From positions 1 through 24,591 of the forward strand of contig JAQXIG010000051.1 in the NCBI GenBank assembly GCA_029007685.1: 24,591 bases of DNA, in the 5' to 3' direction. Both the position numbers and the translations under genes were made by a program. Under the pieces are notes generated by a model. The model saw only the letters and a program-made list of their open reading frames with translations, ran no database searches and was not told the DNA's origin. The stretch comes from a bacterium. Lineage in GTDB: Bacteria > Bacillota_I > Bacilli_A > RF39 > UBA660. Shown one piece after another: positions 17,807-24,591 of this stretch. The stretch's first letter is position 1. The number at the start of each line of letters is the position of its first letter.

Positions 17807-18441
17807 ATTGTCTCTATTGCTTGTTTTTCTTCTGCTTCTGTTAGTTTTAAGTAGACTGGATTTACTAAGTGGGCATTTTGCGGTTCTTTGTCTTGATAAT
17901 GATTGATAATCTTCTCAAAGTTTGGGACATATTCTTCTTTATTCTCAATTTCGATGTTATCATTGGTTATTACACTAAAATTTCCAGGTAAATTGTCTAG
18001 GATACATTTTAGTGTTTCTAATTTTATATATTGTTCTTTTAGAATACTATTGTTTTCACTGTCATAAATTCCTGTAAAGACATATCCTCTTCTGGCATCT
18101 ATCATTGGAACTTTATATATTGACTGGCTCTTAGACGATAGGGCCATAGCTTGAAGCGAATTGATGGTTGTGATTTCTTTTTGAAAACTATAGGCATATG
18201 TTTTCGCAATGGTTACTCCAATTCTAATTCCCGTAAATGAACCTGGTCCATTGACTACTATAATTTTATCTATATCATTGGGCTGATACTGCTTTTTATC
18301 TAACAAATCTTTTATTTTAGGTAAAGTAAAAACAGACAAATCTTTATCTAATCTCTCTTGGATTTCGCCTGTTATTTCTTTATTATTTGAGATTGCACAA
18401 TATAGATAAGGTGAAGTTGTATCTATATAAAGAATTTTCAT
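17803..18441 (-). CDS. tsaB: t6A biosynthesis protein TsaB
   Basis: IDTT, VVNGPGSFTGIRIGVTIAK and IDARRG motifs. Confidence 0.95.
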   Translation of the reverse strand: MKILYIDTTSPYLYCAISNNKEITGEIQERLDKDLSVFTLPKIKDLLDKKQYQPNDIDKIIVVNGPGSFTGIRIGVTIAKTYAYSFQKEITTINSLQAMALSSKSQSIYKVPMIDARRGYVFTGIYDSENNSILKEQYIKLETLKCILDNLPGNFSVITNDNIEIENKEEYVPNFEKIINHYQDKEPQNAHLVNPVYLKLTEAEEKQAIETI

Positions 18442-18896
18442 AATACAGCCTCACATAAATCTTCGTACTGTTTTCCTATTGGGGTCAATATAAAGATTCT
18501 AGTATCTTCTGCTTCTTCTGATATTTTTATTTTTATTTCTAATCGTTCTTCTGGTAAATACTCTGGAATCATATCAGCCCACTCTATAATCACAATTCCA
18601 TTTTTATGGTAGTATTCTTCTATTCCTAACTCTTCTACTTTACCATCTAATCGATAAACATCCATGTGATATAAATCCATTTCACCAGAAGTATATTCTT
18701 TAATAATGTTGAATGTTGGAGATGTCACTGACTCTTCTATTCCTAATGATCCTGCAAAGCCTTTGGTAAAGATGGTTTTTCCGCTACCTAAATCCCCTTT
18801 TAGACAAATCACCATATTCGGAAATTTTTCTGATTCGATATTTTGTGCTAATTCAACGGTATCTTTTTCACTTCTACTTGTAAATTTATATGTCAT
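18438..18896 (-). CDS. tsaE: t6A biosynthesis ATPase TsaE
   Basis: LKGDLGSGKTIFTKG, VTSPTFNI, YHMDVYRL and IIEWA motifs. Confidence 0.96.
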   Translation of the reverse strand: MTYKFTSRSEKDTVELAQNIESEKFPNMVICLKGDLGSGKTIFTKGFAGSLGIEESVTSPTFNIIKEYTSGEMDLYHMDVYRLDGKVEELGIEEYYHKNGIVIIEWADMIPEYLPEERLEIKIKISEEAEDTRIFILTPIGKQYEDLCEAVL

Positions 18897-18913
18897 TTTT
18901 TATCACCTAATTC

Positions 18914-18943
18914 ATTATAGCAAAAAAAAAATAGATTATTCAA
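18914..18943 (-). promoter_or_regulatory. sigA promoter of the tsa operon
   Basis: TTGAAT-18 nt-TATAAT with extended -10 (TGCTATAAT); the spacer contains a T10 run. Confidence 0.6.
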
Positions 18944-19208
18944 CCTATTTTTTATCTTTTGAATCTTTAATGTTTGCGTGATGAAATCATTTCTTCTTCT
19001 GTTGTAATATGGATATTCGAATCGTCTTCTACTTTTTCAGATGATTTTTGTGGCTTTGATTTTCATATTTTGACGAAATTTTCTTTCTTTCTCTAAGAAT
19101 GATCATGTAAGTTTTTTTGATTTTGGTTCGTGTCGGCTATTTTGAAACATCTATTTCTTCAGAAAAACTAGTCTTCTTGATCATTCTTTTTCCATGATAT
19201 TTTTCTTT

Positions 19209-19454
19209 TTATTCTTTTGGTGATAAATATTCTGCTAGAAGTTTGATCATTTTAGGATCTTCTACGGTTGAAATTATGATTTTACCATCTACTTGTTTTT
19301 CTTCTAGTAATCTAAATTCATCAGTTACATCTTCTTCATCATCGGTTATTTTTACTGCAAAGTAGAAATTATTTCCTTTATAGTAGGCTTGGTTTAAAAC
19401 AAGATATTTGTGACCATTTTTTAAATTTAGAATTTTATTGATTCTATTTTCCAT
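19209..19454 (-). CDS. Small hypothetical protein (weak DUF1292-like appearance)
   Basis: RBS AGGAGA immediately after the stop of the large upstream ORF; acidic centre (TDDEEDVTDEF). The family guess is low confidence. Confidence 0.7.
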   Translation of the reverse strand: MENRINKILNLKNGHKYLVLNQAYYKGNNFYFAVKITDDEEDVTDEFRLLEEKQVDGKIIISTVEDPKMIKLLAEYLSPKE

Positions 19455-19468
19455 TTGTTTCTCCTATT

Positions 19469-22400
19469 CTATCTTGAAATTCCAGATTTTTGATTTGTAT
19501 TTTCTTCTCCAATTGTGATAAAACCTATTCTGTGTTTCTCATTTTCTACAGCTACACTTACTCGACCACCATTTTCTACGATACTGGCAGCTTCTTCCAT
19601 ATCTATTTTTATTAGTTGATCGTTTTCGATCTTGTATATTGTCCCTAATTCAGCATTTTCGAATGCATTCATATATAGCTTATCAGCTCCTACTGCATTT
19701 TGTTCATAAATGGCATCATAGGCTGATGTATAAATATTCTCTTCTTTGTTTATGATATTGTCTATTGCTTGCTGATATTCTTGTTCAAATTGATATGTTG
19801 GTAATTCTATATCTTCTTTTCTCTCTATGACTTCTTGGTTAAATGATATTTTCGCTGTTGAATCTATCTCTTCTGTTATCTGATCTAGGTGCTCTACATA
19901 TCCATTATCTGTAGTTTGTGTAATGAAAATATTCTGATTTTTAGGTGGAGTTTTAGTCGGGCTTTTGGTTCCTCCAAAAATCGATGTAACTGTGATTACA
20001 CCTCCGACGATCATGGCTAATACAGCGCCGCCTTTTAAGGGGTGTTTTTTTAAATAATCAAATATTGCTTTCCCTTTTTTCGCTACTAGTTGTTTGGCTT
20101 TTGACACTAATGATCTTTTTGGGGTAGTAACTGCTCGTAGTTCTGATTTTTCTATTATTTGCCCATTTGATAAGATCTGAGCACCGCTTTCTAATACTCC
20201 TGGCAAAGCATTGAGATTGTTATTCAATGGTACATGATTTGGAGATGATAGTGGTTCTTTCAATAATTCAATTTCTTTCGTATCGAGGACTTCAATTTTA
20301 CTATTTGATAATACGCGACTTTCATTTTCTAATACCTCTGATAGAGCAGAATTATGATGAACTTGTTCCATTACTTTTTTATTCGCTATTTCATCCATAT
20401 AGGACTGTTTTAATGTTTCTATTGACTCTAGTTCTTTTAACTTTTCTTTTTTCTTAAGTAATTCTTTTAAATCATCTAATTTTTTATTTGTATCTATTAG
20501 TTGAGGAGCCGTTCCATCTTCTAGCATATTAGCAATGGTTTGAGCTTGATTTATTAAGTTTTTTCTTTCTTCTTTTAGTTGCTCGATTTTGATTAAATCT
20601 AATTCTATTTCTTGTGTAATTTCTTGTTTCAATTTTTCTAGTTTGGCATTATAAGAAGATAGCTCTTGATTTATTCTGGTCATATTACTTTTATTTTGAT
20701 TAAATAATTCTGTTAATACTTTTTGTACTTCTATACTGGAATGACTTTCTTCTGACCCCCATGTTAGTAAGATTTGCTTTTCTTCTTGATAATTTTTTAA
20801 TTGCTCAGTTAAGATTACTATATAGTTAGCTAAGAATTGATATTCTTCTTCTCGCTTATTTATTCGATCTTGTAATTCTATGATTTTATCATCTTTTCTT
20901 GTTATTTCTTGTTCTATATTCTCTTTTTCTTCTCTTTTTAGGGATACTTTGTTTTCATCAATATAATTTGGAATGTTGTCAATTTTAGTTTTTAATTGAT
21001 CCATTTCGTATTTCAATCTTGCCTTTTGTGGTTTATAAAATTCAATGATTGGATTTATCAGTTGATCTAATTTCTCTCCAATCGCTTCTTGTCGGCTATT
21101 ACTATTTATGAGTTCTCTTATTTCTTGGGCTATCAATTCAGGATTTTTGGTTAAAATAATTTCTTCTTTTTTCAACTCTTTTATTTTTTCTTTTATGGTG
21201 GTAATTTCTTCTGGTGTAGGAAGTTTGTAAGTTTCCAGTTCTTTAATTTCAGCGTTGATCCCTTGTTTTTGATACTCTGTTTTTTGTATTTCTATGGATA
21301 ATAGTGAAAGTTCATATAATTGTTGGAACATAGCGTAGTCTCTTTCTTCCAATATTTTACGATCCATATTATCGATTGTATCTTTCATTCTTGCTACAAT
21401 ATCTTCCTGCGTTTCGATTAAACTTTTTATGTCAGATAGTTTTAAACTTCTTCTTTCTTTATCAATTTGAATGGCTTTTCTTTTTATATCTTCATTTGCT
21501 ACAAATAAGTTTTTGATTTGTTGATACATTACTAAGCGATTTTGTAATTTGATTAATTCTTCTTCATTTTCAGGTTGTTCTTTCTCATATTTTTTTAAGT
21601 CAGATGCATGTGTTAAATATAATTGGCTAAACTCTTCTAAGACTTTTTTTCCTGTTAGCTCTTTCTTCTTTTGTAACTGATTACTTTTCTGATTCAATTT
21701 TTGTCTTTCTTTTTGTTTTTGTGTTATTGAGTTTAGTATTAATTCATCAAAGCTAGCATTATATTTTACTTCACTATTAGTAATATTTTCAATTAAAGAT
21801 ATTGTGTTAGCATATCTTATACGATCGTTTTCGATTTTGATTAACTGCTCATTTAAGATCATTATTTTTTTGTCTATTTCAGTTAATTTTTGCTCATATT
21901 GATTCCAACCTTCAGTCATTACTTGATGACATATTGTTACAATTTTATCTAAAGTGTCTGGACTCGTTTTAGTGGTTTTTTCTAATTTTTTTTGTTTTAA
22001 TACTTCTCGACATTTTTCTGAGATAAAACAGTTATACTTTTTTAATTCTTTTAAATTTTTGATACAATTAGTAATTGCTTCTATATTTTCTAGTGGATTA
22101 TTTTCTACTATTAATCTTATATCCATAGAATCATCATAACCTATCAAGGTAGCCTGTGCAAAAATTTCTTCTATAATGTGTTTTCCATTTGATAAAATAA
22201 TTGTTTTTTGAGGATCATTTATGTATTTTGTTAATTTTTCCATTGCCGATCCTAAGGCGCTATAAGTAGCACAATTATTCAGTTCTTTCATAATGTTATT
22301 TATCTTTTGCTCTTCTTTTGTGGTGTATTTTTTCTTTGGTGATTCTGGAGATGCTGATGCATCTTGGATTTTCATATTTATTTTTTCTAAGAATAATTGT

Positions 22401-23344
22401 ATCTTTTTACTGTTTAAAGTTTGTTCTAATTCCTGATTGTAATTATCCATATCTTTTTTTAAGTTTCTTGATAGCATCCCGAAATGTAGTAAATCCAAAT
22501 ACATAGTATGAACGATATTGTGTTCTAAATAATGATTTTTGTTATATTCTTCCTCTGTTAAACATCCGATATATTCATTAATTCCATCGTATTTTACCAA
22601 GAATTCTTCTTCTTGATTGTAACCATTTTTTTCTAAAATACTGAGAATCGTATTCATGAGTCCTTCTGTTTTCATTTGGTTGACAATTGGCAGTACATTA
22701 CTATTATATTCTTCTGTTTTTTCCTTTAATTCTTCTGCATTTATTCTCAATTCTTGACGGATATAGGGAAATATTATTTCTAAATTCGAATTTATCTCCT
22801 CTATAGATAAGTTTAAAAATTGGGGATCTTCTATACGTTTGTAAGCATTTACTATTCTATTGTGTTCGTCATCTTTTTTTTGATTAGAAGTTCTTTGTTC
22901 AAAATTGTAGTTTTGCTGCGCTAATTCATTTAAAATTAAATCTATGGGACTTTTTAATGTTTTATCTATATCTATAATTCCACTATTTATTTCATAATCA
23001 TTTATATATGGAGTTAATTTTTCTAACCATTTCTTTACTTCTTTAGGATTGGAAAAATCGCATTTATATGCACTAGCGATAATCTTAGAAGCTTCTCTTA
23101 TTATTGTTTTATGATCTTTGATAGAATTTATTAATTTTCTATACGATGCATCATCTCTTTTGCGTGCAATATAAAGATCTAAAACACCTTTTTGATCCAA
23201 TTCATTTAGAATTTCTATTCTTTCTTTACATATTTTCTCATACTCCAACTGTTTTTTTTCTAAGATTTTTACAGATTCAAGAAAACTTAAATTTTCCTCA
23301 AGTCTTTTCTGCTTTTCAATGTTATTAGTCGTGTTTGGATTCAT
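19469..23344 (-). CDS. 1291-aa coiled-coil protein with a single C-proximal transmembrane segment
   Basis: Intact ORF with RBS AGGAGG and its own promoter. Long E/K/Q/L/I heptad-rich regions, a hydrophobic GGAVLAMIVGGVITVTSIF segment preceded by basic residues, and a C-terminal domain of about 165 aa. No nucleotide-binding motifs seen. Confidence 0.85.
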   Translation of the reverse strand: MNPNTTNNIEKQKRLEENLSFLESVKILEKKQLEYEKICKERIEILNELDQKGVLDLYIARKRDDASYRKLINSIKDHKTIIREASKIIASAYKCDFSNPKEVKKWLEKLTPYINDYEINSGIIDIDKTLKSPIDLILNELAQQNYNFEQRTSNQKKDDEHNRIVNAYKRIEDPQFLNLSIEEINSNLEIIFPYIRQELRINAEELKEKTEEYNSNVLPIVNQMKTEGLMNTILSILEKNGYNQEEEFLVKYDGINEYIGCLTEEEYNKNHYLEHNIVHTMYLDLLHFGMLSRNLKKDMDNYNQELEQTLNSKKIQLFLEKINMKIQDASASPESPKKKYTTKEEQKINNIMKELNNCATYSALGSAMEKLTKYINDPQKTIILSNGKHIIEEIFAQATLIGYDDSMDIRLIVENNPLENIEAITNCIKNLKELKKYNCFISEKCREVLKQKKLEKTTKTSPDTLDKIVTICHQVMTEGWNQYEQKLTEIDKKIMILNEQLIKIENDRIRYANTISLIENITNSEVKYNASFDELILNSITQKQKERQKLNQKSNQLQKKKELTGKKVLEEFSQLYLTHASDLKKYEKEQPENEEELIKLQNRLVMYQQIKNLFVANEDIKRKAIQIDKERRSLKLSDIKSLIETQEDIVARMKDTIDNMDRKILEERDYAMFQQLYELSLLSIEIQKTEYQKQGINAEIKELETYKLPTPEEITTIKEKIKELKKEEIILTKNPELIAQEIRELINSNSRQEAIGEKLDQLINPIIEFYKPQKARLKYEMDQLKTKIDNIPNYIDENKVSLKREEKENIEQEITRKDDKIIELQDRINKREEEYQFLANYIVILTEQLKNYQEEKQILLTWGSEESHSSIEVQKVLTELFNQNKSNMTRINQELSSYNAKLEKLKQEITQEIELDLIKIEQLKEERKNLINQAQTIANMLEDGTAPQLIDTNKKLDDLKELLKKKEKLKELESIETLKQSYMDEIANKKVMEQVHHNSALSEVLENESRVLSNSKIEVLDTKEIELLKEPLSSPNHVPLNNNLNALPGVLESGAQILSNGQIIEKSELRAVTTPKRSLVSKAKQLVAKKGKAIFDYLKKHPLKGGAVLAMIVGGVITVTSIFGGTKSPTKTPPKNQNIFITQTTDNGYVEHLDQITEEIDSTAKISFNQEVIERKEDIELPTYQFEQEYQQAIDNIINKEENIYTSAYDAIYEQNAVGADKLYMNAFENAELGTIYKIENDQLIKIDMEEAASIVENGGRVSVAVENEKHRIGFITIGEENTNQKSGISR

Positions 23345-23369
23345 ATTCTAGCCTCCTATAGTCAATATA

Positions 23370-23398
23370 ATTGTATCAAAATGAGAGATCTAATTCAA
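23370..23398 (-). promoter_or_regulatory. sigA promoter of the large coiled-coil gene
   Basis: TTGAAT-17 nt-TACAAT with extended -10 TG. Confidence 0.55.
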
Positions 23399-23404
23399 TA
23401 AAAA

Positions 23405-24433
23405 TATGGCAATCGCTAAAAAAACAAAGTCAAAACTATTGACCAGAATCAATGGTAGCAGTAACCTCAAAAATTAACTTTTCTATCTTTTTAAAATTCA
23501 ACATATATCTTGTTCACTTTCTTTGTTATGACCTTTAGAAAAACTTTTATCTTGTTTTGCTAAATTAGATGCAATTTTTCTTGGCGTTACCAAATTTCAG
23601 ATGAAATTTTTTCTCTATTTTTAAAATGATCCTCATCCAGTATCACATCCAATCTCTTATTAATTTTTCAAAATCATCTATACCGATTTTATAGTCAATA
23701 ATATATATCCGTGACTTTTATTTCCCACATGTCATTATTTGAACCTTTACATACGCTAAGACTTTAACACTATTTATTTTTTATTTCACTGGTTTTACGT
23801 TAAAAAAATCTCTCATTTCATCACGACCTTGATCTTTTTTATTTTCTTCTATATATTATGCTATCATTACTATGCAAATTATTAGACTTGGTAAATTGTT
23901 TCTTATATCTGTATTTAATTCTTTCTGTTTTACTTTCAAAACATACGGCCCTTTTTTATCAACTATTTTATTTGCATATCTTCTAGAGTTGCTGTTGCAT
24001 CTATTGCTACATATATCCCTTCAGTATCTACTAATTCAGAAATCTTACAATTATTTTATTGGACTTATTATCAACTTTTACTTGATCAATTGATAAACTG
24101 ATTTCATCAATTAGTGTTGAATTTATATAGGAAATCTTACTCTTATCTATTTTATCAATTGTACCTCGTCCTTCCTTCCCATGTATTCTGACATTTTTGC
24201 CGTGTACATTTGATCTAGCCTCTTTTATTCATTACATCAAAATTTCTATAAATCTCTTCGAATCAATTCTATCAGAAATATTAGAAAAGTAATCATGCGA
24301 TGTGGTCATCATTTTTAGTCCTAATGGTTCTGTAAAATATTCTTCCTTTAATTTCATAAAATCATTAATCTTAGTAAAATCTCTAAAGCCACATATAATA
24401 CTATAGATAGTCATTATTAAAATATTTATTCAT
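23405..24433 (-). pseudogene. ISAs1-family (H-repeat) transposase pseudogene / IS remnant
   Basis: Fragments IICGFRDF...KLKEEYF...SHDYF, QVKVDNKSNKI, VAIDA, KGPYVLKVK, KDQGRDE and RLDVILDEDH, and a degenerate end GCGATTGCC near 23408-23416. Many stops and frameshifts. Confidence 0.8.
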
Positions 24434-24463
24434 TTATATTTCCTACCTTACAATAAAAAAGAC

Positions 24464-24496
24464 AAAAAAAAAGATTTTAGTGAATTAACTAAAATC
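24464..24496 (-). terminator. Terminator downstream of 5S rRNA
   Basis: GATTTTAGT/ACTAAAATC 9-bp arms with a long U-tract on the minus strand. Confidence 0.7.
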
Positions 24497-24517
24497 AACA
24501 AAACAAAATAAAAAAAT

Positions 24518-24591
24518 CCTTGGCGACGACCTATTTTTGCATTCACTATCGTCGGCGCTGAAGAGCTTAACTTCTGTGTTCGAGATGGGAA
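24518..24591 (-). rRNA. rrf: 5S rRNA, 3' portion (5' end lies beyond the window)
   Basis: Minus strand reads TTCCCATCTCGAACACAGAAGTTAAGCTCTTCAGCGCCGACGATAGT...AATAGGTCGTCGCCAAG, containing the conserved CGAAC loop and GTTAAGC. Confidence 0.95.

Noticed and set aside
16383-18896. Genetic code 4 (Mycoplasma-type TGA=Trp)
   Set aside because: tsaE, tsaB and rimI end in TGA at ATGA overlaps at their expected lengths, and conserved Trp residues are read in open frames under code 11.
19469-23344. SMC (smc often lies upstream of ftsY) or SbcC/RecN
   Set aside because: No N-terminal Walker A, no C-terminal signature/Walker B motif and no hinge motif; it has a TM segment instead.
103-24093. Plus-strand ORFs in the track (103-378, 1447-1986, 2911-3126, 9035-9250, 11444-11626, 11578-11775, 12468-12713, 13619-13849, 13877-14074, 14112-14297, 18706-18981, 20227-20457, 21954-22139, 22318-22506, 23146-23328, 23872-24093)
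   Set aside because: All are antisense shadows of well-supported minus-strand genes, pseudogenes or the intron RNA, with F/L/I/S-rich composition and no recognisable motifs.
1-24591. CRISPR array, tRNA genes, prophage genes, riboswitch
   Set aside because: By eye I found no regularly spaced direct repeats, cloverleaf, phage hallmark gene or recognisable riboswitch core. A covariance-model scan was not possible.

Overview
AT-rich chromosomal window from a low-GC Bacillota genome. It uses genetic code 11 (TGA is a stop at ATGA gene overlaps). Gene order, the shortened 5S rRNA helix and the sporulation-type genes suggest an RF39/Erysipelotrichales-like gut lineage (inference). Essentially all real genes are on the minus strand. 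Reading in transcription direction (right to left): 3' part of a 5S rRNA; a decayed ISAs1 element; a 1291-aa membrane-anchored coiled-coil protein plus an 81-aa ORF; the tsaE-tsaB-rimI-tsaD operon and a small membrane-anchored protein; a YtlA/C/D-like NitT/TauT ABC transporter; a mobile-element graveyard (IS3 end, chained palindromes, a complete but dead group II intron); an acyl-CoA synthetase, a hybrid histidine kinase and an EEP hydrolase; ftsY-ylxM-[HerA/DUF87-like ATPase]-ffh; a PHP pseudogene; and a CotD-like spore-coat ORF. The reverse transcriptase here is an ordinary decayed group II intron maturase, not a novel RT system. The most interesting leads are (1) the CotD-like ORF stopping inside its conserved motif exactly at an att-like imperfect palindrome (candidate sporulation-linked DNA rearrangement), (2) a partnerless HerA-like ATPase inside the SRP gene cluster, (3) a shared 16-nt mother-cell-sigma-like motif upstream of two sporulation-type genes, and (4) single in-frame TAA codons in otherwise intact ffh and the kinase.
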